A stretch of DNA of 13,215 nt from Oligoflexia bacterium (GTDB taxonomy: Bacteria; Bdellovibrionota; UBA1018), in NCBI GenBank assembly GCA_043732485.1, contig JAYTHP010000118.1, positions 1 to 13,215 of the forward strand, written 5' to 3'. Below, one piece after another: positions 1 to 6,560 of this stretch. The notes under the pieces were generated by a model that saw nothing but the letters and a program-made list of their open reading frames with translations, had not been told where the DNA came from and searched no databases. The translations under genes and the position numbers were made by a program. Position 1 is the stretch's first letter. Each line of letters starts with the position of its first letter.

Positions 1-168
1 GAGGACAGTGTGCCTTTGCATACCTTGCGCGCCAATATTGATTATGGCACGGCTGAGGCGCTGACGACCTATGGTTTGATCGGAGTGAAGGCTTGGGTCT
101 ACCACGGTGAGATGCAAACGTTAAAAAAACAAGCTGCGATTGAAGCGCGTGTCCTTCAAGGAGCCTGA
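1..168 (+). CDS. rpsC: 30S ribosomal protein S3 (uS3), C-terminal fragment, 5'-truncated by window edge
   Basis: Frame 1 translates [38 protein letters not shown]...GA* with TGA at 166-168. [11 protein letters not shown] and T-YG-IGVK-W are the S3 C-terminal signature. It lies directly before rplP. Not in the supplied ORF track. Confidence 0.97.
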   Translation, partial: EDSVPLHTLRANIDYGTAEALTTYGLIGVKAWVYHGEMQTLKKQAAIEARVLQGA

Positions 169-176
169 GGTAAACC

Positions 177-662
177 ATGTTATCACCTAAGAGAGTTAAG
201 TGGCGGAAGCAGCAAAAAGGTAAAATGCGGGGTAAAGCTGATCGTGGCGGTACCCTATTTTTTGGTGAGTTCGGATTACAAGCTACCGAGTGCGGTCGAA
301 TTACTGCCAAGCAGATTGAAGCCTCCCGTGTTGCGATGACCCGTTATGTCAAACGCGGTGGAAAAATTTGGATTAGGATCTTCCCCGATAAGTCGTTGAC
401 CAGGAAGCCTGCTGAAACCCGCATGGGTTCGGGTAAGGGTAACGTGGAAGATTGGTGCGCGGTGATCAAGCCAGGGCGCATTATCTTTGAGATGGACGGC
501 ATTGCTCAGTCGGAAGCTTTTGAAGCTTTGCGGTTAGCGTCCAACAAGTTGCCGCTGCATTGTAAGCCGTTGAGTCGGACGATTGAGAAGCAGGAGCTGG
601 TGAGAGCACAAAAGAAGAAAGAAGCTTTAAAGCAGGCTGTGGTCGCTGAGGAAGCAACCTGA
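177..662 (+). CDS. rplP: 50S ribosomal protein L16 (uL16) with ~27-aa C-terminal extension
   Basis: [36 protein letters not shown] motifs. GAGGT SD-like at 167-171. Confidence 0.99.
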   Translation: MLSPKRVKWRKQQKGKMRGKADRGGTLFFGEFGLQATECGRITAKQIEASRVAMTRYVKRGGKIWIRIFPDKSLTRKPAETRMGSGKGNVEDWCAVIKPGRIIFEMDGIAQSEAFEALRLASNKLPLHCKPLSRTIEKQELVRAQKKKEALKQAVVAEEAT

Positions 663-703
663 ACGTCGGCTTTAGGTTAAGAGCATACAAGTGAGGAGTG
701 GTT

Positions 704-982
704 GTGGCATCAAAGAATTTTAGAAAATTAAAAGAGAGACTGTTAGGTCAAACTGACTTAGCGCAGGTGCTGCCTGCGGCGTTTGCGACGTCGGTTGCGG
801 ACGTGCAGCGTGAAGTGCAGAGTGCACAAAGCCAACTGTTTGTTCTGAAGATGAAAAAAGCAGTAGGTGAGTTGGTTGACACTGCGCAACTTTGGAAGGT
901 GCGCAAGGAGATTGCCCGCATGAAGACCTTGCACTCACAGCAATTGAAGGTCTTTGAGAAGAAAGGATTGGTTCAAGCTTGA
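704..982 (+). CDS. rpmC: 50S ribosomal protein L29 (uL29), elongated
   Basis: Position between rplP and rpsQ. LFVLKMKKAVGELVDTAQLWKVRKEIARMKT matches the L29 pattern (LF-L+----G-L------+--R+-IAR-KT). GTG 704 is preferred over GTG 698 because GAGGAG lies at 693-698. Confidence 0.93.
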   Translation: MASKNFRKLKERLLGQTDLAQVLPAAFATSVADVQREVQSAQSQLFVLKMKKAVGELVDTAQLWKVRKEIARMKTLHSQQLKVFEKKGLVQA

Positions 983-1323
983 TGTCGGACGGAAAAAAGA
1001 TAGAGCAGGAGCATCAGATCGAGCAGCAGTCCGCAGAGCATGTGCGTAATGCTTTGCAGAAGCGTCGTCAGCTGGTTGGGCTTGTGGTCAGTGACAAGAT
1101 GATGAAGACTGTGGTGGTGCAAGTGGATCGTCAGGTTAAGCACCGTTTGTATAAGAAATACGTTCAAAAAACCCGTCGCTATAAGGCTCACGACGAGCAC
1201 AATACGGCGAAGGTCGGAGACCGGGTGGAATTAGTAGAAACCAGGCCACTGAGCCGTGAGAAGCGTTGGGTGGTCCAGTCCATCTTGCGCAAGTCCGGCG
1301 GTGTTTCTGAGATTAAGGTCTAA
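982..1323 (+). CDS. rpsQ: 30S ribosomal protein S17 (uS17) with N-terminal extension
   Basis: GLVVSDKMMKTVVVQV, H-LYKKYV, AHDE-N, ETRPLSREKRW. ATG overlaps the rpmC stop (TGATG, 980-984). TTG 979 is an alternative start. Confidence 0.98.
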   Translation: MSDGKKIEQEHQIEQQSAEHVRNALQKRRQLVGLVVSDKMMKTVVVQVDRQVKHRLYKKYVQKTRRYKAHDEHNTAKVGDRVELVETRPLSREKRWVVQSILRKSGGVSEIKV

Positions 1324-1335
1324 AGGGAGTTTTGT

Positions 1336-1704
1336 ATGATTCAGATGAGAACCAGGCTTGATGTTGCTGATAACTCGGGCGCCAAATCGGTCATGTGCAT
1401 TAAGGTTTTAGGGGGCACGCGCAGGCGTTACGCCTCTTTAGGGGACGTGATTGTGGTGTCGGTGAAGGACGCTAGCCCGAACGCGAAAGTAAAAAAAGGG
1501 GAGATTTTAAAAGCTGTGATCGTTCGGACTCGCAAGGAAGTGAACCGTCAAGACGGTACTTATGTGAGATTCGATCACAACTCGGCGGTGTTGATCAATG
1601 CTCAAAATGAGCCGATTGGCACCCGAATTTTTGGTCCAGTGGCCAGAGAGCTGCGAGCCAAGTCGTTCACCAAGATCATCTCGCTTGCGCCCGAAGTTTT
1701 GTAG
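1336..1704 (+). CDS. rplN: 50S ribosomal protein L14 (uL14)
   Basis: [14 protein letters not shown]...[13 protein letters not shown]...[10 protein letters not shown], canonical 122 aa. AAGGGAG SD upstream. Confidence 0.99.
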   Translation: MIQMRTRLDVADNSGAKSVMCIKVLGGTRRRYASLGDVIVVSVKDASPNAKVKKGEILKAVIVRTRKEVNRQDGTYVRFDHNSAVLINAQNEPIGTRIFGPVARELRAKSFTKIISLAPEVL

Positions 1705-1868
1705 AGATTTGGGCGGAAGAAGATTGGACGAAGGAAGGTCGGGCAAAAAGCAGACAGCTGAGACCGAAAAGAGCGCGAAGTAGAGGCTGGTTGCGGTTTA
1801 AAGTTAAAGCCAGTGAATAGGCGAGGCGGTCCGTAGGTCGCAAAGGAAGAAGACAAGAGGGTTAGACA

Positions 1869-2282
1869 GTGAATTTAAGTAAAACTAGAAAAACAAAGGC
1901 CTCTTTAAAGAAAAATGACCAAGTTCAGGTCATCGCCGGTAGAGAAAAAGGTAAGATTGGTAAGATCACCCGGGTGGATGCGTTGTGCGGCCGTGTCGTG
2001 GTGGAGAACCTCAATCAGGTGCGCAAGACTAAGAAGCGCACCGAGACGAGTGAGGGTGGTATTTTTCTCCAGGACCACCCGATCGATGTTTCCAACGTCT
2101 TACTCTACTGCACCGTCTGTGCAAGAGGCGTGCGACATGGGATACAGGTGGTGGCGGTGTCGGCGTCGGCTGGCGCTGAGAAGAGTGATGCGGTAGCAGG
2201 TAGCCCTGCAAACGTGAACCTTACAAAAGTAAAAAAGATCAGAGTTTGCAAGCGCTGCAAGAATGCCATCGATCCAGCGTAA
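1869..2282 (+). CDS. rplX: 50S ribosomal protein L24 (uL24), with two CxxC pairs and an internal insertion
   Basis: KOW motif [36 protein letters not shown], then CTVC and CKRC. GTG start with AGAGGG upstream and an in-frame TAG at 1863-1865. Confidence 0.98.
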   Translation: MNLSKTRKTKASLKKNDQVQVIAGREKGKIGKITRVDALCGRVVVENLNQVRKTKKRTETSEGGIFLQDHPIDVSNVLLYCTVCARGVRHGIQVVAVSASAGAEKSDAVAGSPANVNLTKVKKIRVCKRCKNAIDPA

Positions 2283-2305
2283 ACATCTGAGAAAGGGAGT
2301 AAGTC

Positions 2306-3136
2306 GTGACAGCGGACCAAGATCAATCAAAAGCAGAGCAGGGCGAATCAGCTAAGAAAGCCTCTAAAGGGGAATCAAAAGCGTCGTCTGGTCAAAAAGA
2401 AAGCAAGGCCAATGCTACCAGCGAGGCGGTTCAGGCCGGAGCTGCTACTGAAGAAAATACACAAAAAGCCAAGGGCGACGCTAAGAAGGCAGCCGGCGAC
2501 GCAGCGCGTTCGAGAGCTAAGCGGGCGAAGGAGGAGGCTCAGGCCTCGGCCGTCAAGATTGCGGCAGTCGGTGAAACCAAAACTTCTCCGAGCGAAACTC
2601 CGCGAATGGTGGAGCGTTACCGCAAGCAGGCGATTCCTGCCTTGATGAAACAGTACGCTTTTAAAAACGCCATGCAAGTGCCAAAACTAGGCAAAGTGAT
2701 TGTTAAGTGCTCGGTGAAGGACGCTGTTGCCAATCCCAAGCTTTTAGATGGAACGTTTGAGGAAGTGATGGGGATTACCGGGCAAAAGCCGGTGTTAACG
2801 CGGGCGAAAAAAGCTATTGCGGCTTTCAAGGTGCGAGCGGGTAATCCGGTGGGTGTGATGGTGACGCTCAGGCGAGCCAGAATGTATGAGTTTTTGGATC
2901 GTTTAGTGAACGTGGCCCTACCGCGCGTGCGCGATTTCAAAGGTGTCAATCCCAAGGGTTTTGATGGCCGTGGCAATTACTCGTTAGGGATTCGTGAGCA
3001 GATCATTTTTCCCGAGATTAGTTACGACCGAGTGGACCAGGTGCGCGGGATGACCGTGACGATCACGACCACCGCGAAGACCGATGAGCATGCAAGGGCG
3101 CTTTTGGCAGAGCTTGGCATGCCGTTTCGAAAATAG
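2306..3136 (+). CDS. rplE: 50S ribosomal protein L5 (uL5) with ~97-aa N-terminal extension
   Basis: Core [50 protein letters not shown]. Strong AAGGGAG SD (2293-2299) lies 6 nt before GTG 2306, and there is no SD before internal ATG 2606. Confidence 0.98.
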   Translation: MTADQDQSKAEQGESAKKASKGESKASSGQKESKANATSEAVQAGAATEENTQKAKGDAKKAAGDAARSRAKRAKEEAQASAVKIAAVGETKTSPSETPRMVERYRKQAIPALMKQYAFKNAMQVPKLGKVIVKCSVKDAVANPKLLDGTFEEVMGITGQKPVLTRAKKAIAAFKVRAGNPVGVMVTLRRARMYEFLDRLVNVALPRVRDFKGVNPKGFDGRGNYSLGIREQIIFPEISYDRVDQVRGMTVTITTTAKTDEHARALLAELGMPFRK

Positions 3137-3166
3137 GACCGGAAAAAAGAAAAAGGAGATTGACGC

Positions 3167-3352
3167 GTGTCAAAAAAGTGCAAATTAGAGCTCATTGGGA
3201 GCAAACCTAAATTTAAGTCAAGGGCAAGGAATCGTTGTCCACTGTGTGGACGACCCAGGGCCTATATGCGTAAGTTTAATATGTGTCGTCTTTGTTTCCG
3301 TGGTTTGGCTTTAAAAGGTCAGTTGCCTGGCGTCACTAAGGCCAGTTGGTAA
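3167..3352 (+). CDS. rpsN: 30S ribosomal protein S14 type Z (zinc-binding, 61 aa)
   Basis: [23 protein letters not shown]...[17 protein letters not shown] before GTG. Confidence 0.99.
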   Translation: MSKKCKLELIGSKPKFKSRARNRCPLCGRPRAYMRKFNMCRLCFRGLALKGQLPGVTKASW

Positions 3353-3365
3353 AGGGGTATTCATT

Positions 3366-3764
3366 ATGAGTATGACAGATCCTGTTGCAGATTTATTAAC
3401 TCGCATTCGTAATGCGACGAAAGAGCGACACGAGAAGCTTGAGGTTCCAGCATCGCGTTTAAAGGCTAACGTGGTGAGGGTGTTAAAAGAAGAAGGTTAC
3501 ATTCGCAACTTCAGGCTGCTGCGTGAAGAGGGCCGCCCCGTGATTAAGGTGTATCTCAAATACACTGAATCCGGTGAAAGCGTTATCCGTGGTATCAAGC
3601 GCATTAGTCGTCCCGGGCTACGCCGTTACTCGGGCTATGATGAAATGCCCAGGCCTTTAGGCGGGGCAGGGGTTGCAATCGTCTCGACTTCAAAAGGGGT
3701 GATCACAGGCCATCGCGCTAGGACCCAAAAAGTGGGCGGCGAAATTCTTTGTGAGGTTTGGTAA
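3366..3764 (+). CDS. rpsH: 30S ribosomal protein S8 (uS8)
   Basis: MTDPVADLLTRIRNA, LKEEGYI, RISRPGLRRY, STSKGV, GGEILCEVW. Confidence 0.99.
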   Translation: MSMTDPVADLLTRIRNATKERHEKLEVPASRLKANVVRVLKEEGYIRNFRLLREEGRPVIKVYLKYTESGESVIRGIKRISRPGLRRYSGYDEMPRPLGGAGVAIVSTSKGVITGHRARTQKVGGEILCEVW

Positions 3765-3769
3765 AAGTC

Positions 3770-4315
3770 ATGTCACGCGTTGGAAAAACACCAATTAAAG
3801 TGTTCAGTGGAGTGAAGGTCGCAATCAAGGACTCACACGTGCAGGTCGAAGGTCCCAAAGGGAAGTTGTCGCACCAGTTACCCAAAGGGGTGCTGGTGGA
3901 GATGGTGGGTGATGTGATTACTGTCTCGCAAGACCTTGCGGCGTCGTCTAAGGCTCCGGCCTTGCACGGTTTGACGCGTACCTTGTTGCACAACATGGTG
4001 CACGGGGTTCATACGGGATTTGTCAAAGAGTTGGATATCGTCGGGGTCGGATATCGTGCCGCGGTGAAGGGGCAGGTGTTGAGTTTAACCTTGGGTTACT
4101 CGCATCCAGTCGATTACACCGTGCCGGTAGGTATTGCGGTGAAGGTCGATGCCAACACTCATCTGACGGTGGCTGGGGCGGATAAGTGTTTAGTCGGCAT
4201 GGTAGCCGCGAAAATTCGTTCTTTTAGAAAGCCTGAGCCGTATCAAGGTAAAGGGATCAAGTACACGAACGAAACACTGATTCGTAAACAGGGTAAGGCT
4301 GCCGGCGCGAAATAG
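3770..4315 (+). CDS. rplF: 50S ribosomal protein L6 (uL6)
   Basis: MSRVGKTPI start (ATG 3770 rather than TTG 3758), GPKGKL, GVGYRA, LGYSHPV, RKPEPYQGKGIKY. Confidence 0.99.
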   Translation: MSRVGKTPIKVFSGVKVAIKDSHVQVEGPKGKLSHQLPKGVLVEMVGDVITVSQDLAASSKAPALHGLTRTLLHNMVHGVHTGFVKELDIVGVGYRAAVKGQVLSLTLGYSHPVDYTVPVGIAVKVDANTHLTVAGADKCLVGMVAAKIRSFRKPEPYQGKGIKYTNETLIRKQGKAAGAK

Positions 4316-4393
4316 GGCGTTTTGCCTCTCAGTTTTAGGTTTTAGTAGTTTGTTTCTTTAAAAGTTCGTAGTTAGAAAGGTGACCGTAGCATT

Positions 4394-4771
4394 ATGGCAA
4401 CTCACATTGGTAAAAATACCAGTCAAAAGCAGATCATTCGCTTTAAGAGAAAGAAGCGCATTCGTGCAACGCTTGAAGGCGATGTCACTCGGCCAAGGCT
4501 CTCAGTTTTTCGCTCCAATCGGCATCTCTATGTCCAGTTGGTTGATGACTTAGGGGGGCACACCTTGGTGGCGGCTAGCACTAATGAGGAGGAGCTGAAG
4601 GGTAAGGTCGGAAGCTCGGTAGAAGGGGCAAAGACGCTCGGGCAATTGATTGCGAAGCGGGCGATTGCTAAGAATATCGAACAAGTGGTTTTTGACCGCA
4701 GCGGTTACCTCTATCACGGTCGCGTGAAGGCTCTTGCCGACGCGGCTCGTGAAGGTGGATTAAAGTTCTAA
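4394..4771 (+). CDS. rplR: 50S ribosomal protein L18 (uL18)
   Basis: [48 protein letters not shown]. Confidence 0.99.
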   Translation: MATHIGKNTSQKQIIRFKRKKRIRATLEGDVTRPRLSVFRSNRHLYVQLVDDLGGHTLVAASTNEEELKGKVGSSVEGAKTLGQLIAKRAIAKNIEQVVFDRSGYLYHGRVKALADAAREGGLKF

Positions 4772-4793
4772 AGACGTTAAGGAGAGAGTGACG

Positions 4794-5306
4794 ATGGCAA
4801 ATAATCAGCAAGGCGGCCGCAATCAAGAAGATGGTGAATTTGAAGATAAAGTGATTCATATTAACCGTTGCGCCAAAGTGGTCAAAGGCGGTAGGCGCTT
4901 CAGTTTCGCGGCGATTGTGGTGGTGGGAGATAAGAAAGGGAGCGTCGGCGTGGGCCTAGGGAAAGCTGGCGAAGTACCCGAGGCGATTAAAAAGGCCGGT
5001 AAGCAGGCCAAGAAGAACATGGTGAAGATTCCGATGGAAGGAAACACCATCCCCCACGAGATTATTGGACATTTTGGAGCAAGTAAGGTCTTGATGAAGC
5101 CAGCGCCTGAGGGTACTGGGATCATCGCCAGTTCCTCGGTGCGAGCGATCTTAGAAGTGGCTGGCATCCAAAACATTCTGACCAAGTCGATTAGACGGGA
5201 CAATCCTCATAACGTGGTGCGCGCCACGCTGGAGGGGCTCAAGAATTTGCGAAATTTTGAAAGTATTGCCAAAGGCCGCGGAAAGCTGCTTGCCGAGATC
5301 TTGTAA
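4794..5306 (+). CDS. rpsE: 30S ribosomal protein S5 (uS5)
   Basis: [50 protein letters not shown] 4794 is chosen from the spacing of AAGGAG at 4779-4784; GTG 4788 is an alternative. Confidence 0.99.
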   Translation: MANNQQGGRNQEDGEFEDKVIHINRCAKVVKGGRRFSFAAIVVVGDKKGSVGVGLGKAGEVPEAIKKAGKQAKKNMVKIPMEGNTIPHEIIGHFGASKVLMKPAPEGTGIIASSSVRAILEVAGIQNILTKSIRRDNPHNVVRATLEGLKNLRNFESIAKGRGKLLAEIL

Positions 5307-5319
5307 GTCGAGGCAGTTT

Positions 5320-5336
5320 CCTGGCGGGGAGCCAGG
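5320..5336 (+). other. Short GC-rich hairpin in rpsE-rpmD spacer
   Basis: CCTGGC-gggga-GCCAGG is a perfect 6-bp stem with no U-tract, so it is not called a terminator. Confidence 0.5.
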
Positions 5337-5371
5337 CTTAGATCATTTGTAAGAAAGAGAGTAGGAAAATC

Positions 5372-5569
5372 ATGACTTTAATTCAGCAAACCATTACCCT
5401 GCGACTCAAGCGTGGCCTGATCGCTTGTTCTCCTAAGCAACGTGCCACGGTGGCGGGTTTGGGTTTAAAGCGTCGGGAACAGGTGCGAACCTTGGAGAAT
5501 ACTCCTTCGGTGCGTGGAATGATCAAGAAAGTTTTGCATTTAGTAGAGATCGTAGCTGAAGTTCGCTAG
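5372..5569 (+). CDS. rpmD: 50S ribosomal protein L30 (uL30)
   Basis: [30 protein letters not shown], and position after rpsE. Confidence 0.98.
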   Translation: MTLIQQTITLRLKRGLIACSPKQRATVAGLGLKRREQVRTLENTPSVRGMIKKVLHLVEIVAEVR

Positions 5570-5686
5570 CTTGAAGGATGCAGGCTCGGGGCTTGAGAAA
5601 AAAGAATTAGGTCGCTAGATCAGAGAGCGCGATTCGGTCTGGGAAGCGAGCAGGACAATCAGTTCTAGGTGCTGGAGCCAAAGATC

Positions 5687-5879
5687 GGTTGAGGGCGTTG
5701 CTTCTCGGTAAAGTCGAGATAAACAAAAGAGAGCAATGTCGAAACGAAAACTCAGGCCAAAGTTCCTGAGGACGGTCGAGATGAGAGCCTCAGGCATGGA
5801 AAACAGGTAGGTAAGAAAAAGATTTTTTGGCACTGAGATTCGGTGTCGGAGCTTGGGTTCTTGGTCGTCGGAGCCTGGG
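5687..5879 (+). promoter_or_regulatory. Candidate structured RNA / regulatory region in the 337-bp rpmD-rplO spacer
   Basis: Stems read by eye: 5694-5702/5732-5740 enclosing 5703-5708/5714-5719; 5751-5756/5765-5770 or alternatively 5765-5771/5788-5794; 5829-5836/5840-5847. Direct repeat at 5845-5857/5867-5879. Confidence 0.4.
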
Positions 5880-5906
5880 AAAAAAGGAAAGAGAGTAGGT
5901 TTAGGT

Positions 5907-6410
5907 ATGTTAAGACTCAACACCATTCGAGCTCATCAGGGAGCCACTCACAAGCGCAAGCGATTAGGACGAGGCTCAGGCTCAGGACATGGTCCCACTG
6001 CCGGTAAAGGGGACAAGGGTCAGTTAGCTCGTTCGGGCGGAACGTCTCGGCCGGGGTTTGAGGGTGGTCAATCGCCACTTTATCGCCGGGTGCCAAAGCG
6101 TGGTTTTACCAGCATTGCTCGTCGGGAGATTGCAATTATGAACGTTTGTGACTTTGAGAGATTAAATCCTGCTGATTTCTCTGAATTGTCTTTAGAGTCC
6201 TTGCGAGCAGCAGGCGTGCTCAAGGGTCGTTATGACCGTTTGACCGTACTTGCGACTGGCGAGTTGACTCAGGCTTTTTTTGTGCGTGCGCATAAAGTGA
6301 CGGCGGCTGCCCGTGAGAAGATTGAGAAGGCTGGCGGGAAAGTAGAGATTCTGCCAATTGCGGGACGGATTAATGGCAAAAAAGTGAAAGTGGCTGAAGC
6401 TTCCCACTAG
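5907..6410 (+). CDS. rplO: 50S ribosomal protein L15 (uL15) with ~18-aa C-terminal tail
   Basis: RKRLGRGSGSGHG-TAGKG-KGQ-ARSG, GFEGGQSPLYRRVPKRGF, A--KIEKAGG. True start is ATG 5907 (MLRLNTI), not TTG 5853. Confidence 0.98.
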   Translation: MLRLNTIRAHQGATHKRKRLGRGSGSGHGPTAGKGDKGQLARSGGTSRPGFEGGQSPLYRRVPKRGFTSIARREIAIMNVCDFERLNPADFSELSLESLRAAGVLKGRYDRLTVLATGELTQAFFVRAHKVTAAAREKIEKAGGKVEILPIAGRINGKKVKVAEASH

Positions 6411-6492
6411 GCGCCTGAGGCTTAGGGGAGAGGGATGAGTTACGGTCGTTGGCGTCCTCGCCTGGTGGCAGGTTGACTCTCACCTGAGGCGC
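6411..6492 (+). promoter_or_regulatory. Candidate branched stem-loop in rplO-secY spacer
   Basis: GCGCCT 6411-6416 / AGGCGC 6487-6492. CTTAGGgGAGAG 6421-6432 / CTCTCaCCTGAG 6477-6488. Inner hairpin CCTG-gtgg-CAGG at 6461-6472. Confidence 0.4.
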
Positions 6493-6560
6493 TTGAATCG
6501 TGAGTAAGAAGCTTGGAGCTTGAGTAAGTTTCCGGGGTGCGAGAGCAGAAAAAGGTGTCT

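Noticed and set aside
1598..1783. Possible +1 frameshift or TAG readthrough adding a charged tail to L14
   Set aside because: L14 ends at the invariant APEVL and no credible slippery site is present. K/R/E richness follows from the purine-rich spacer.
5578..5610. Tiny ORF MQARGLRKKN* after rpmD (and MRETLKDSDT* at 9481-9513)
   Set aside because: Both are ten codons with a badly spaced or absent SD and cannot be told apart from chance.
5738..5815. Hammerhead ribozyme-like words CTGAGGA (5766-5772) and GAAA (5741, 5799)
   Set aside because: I could not build stems I, II and III around the core in any permutation.
5853..5906. Longer N-termini from the ORF track for rplO (5853), and likewise rplF (3758), secY (6537) and rpoA (11153)
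   Set aside because: Downstream ATGs match the conserved protein starts and generally have better-placed SD sequences. These are not counted as extensions.
5615..5926. 103-aa minus-strand ORF covering most of the rpmD-rplO spacer
   Set aside because: It is antisense within a heavily transcribed operon, overlaps the rplO start and has no recognisable domain. Its Leu/Phe/Ser bias simply mirrors the purine-rich + strand. A tBLASTn hit with conserved frame would revive it.
1702..6410. Stop-codon reassignment (several long spacers follow TAG stops, and rplF-rplR are in frame across TAGs)
   Set aside because: TAG and TGA fall at conserved C-termini (rplN, rplE, rpmJ, rpsK), and no conserved gene has an internal stop. 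Standard code 11 fits.
5570..6560. CRISPR array, IS/MITE, tRNA or intron in the long spacers
   Set aside because: There is no regularly spaced repeat-spacer array, terminal inverted repeat with target duplication, cloverleaf or transposase/RT ORF.
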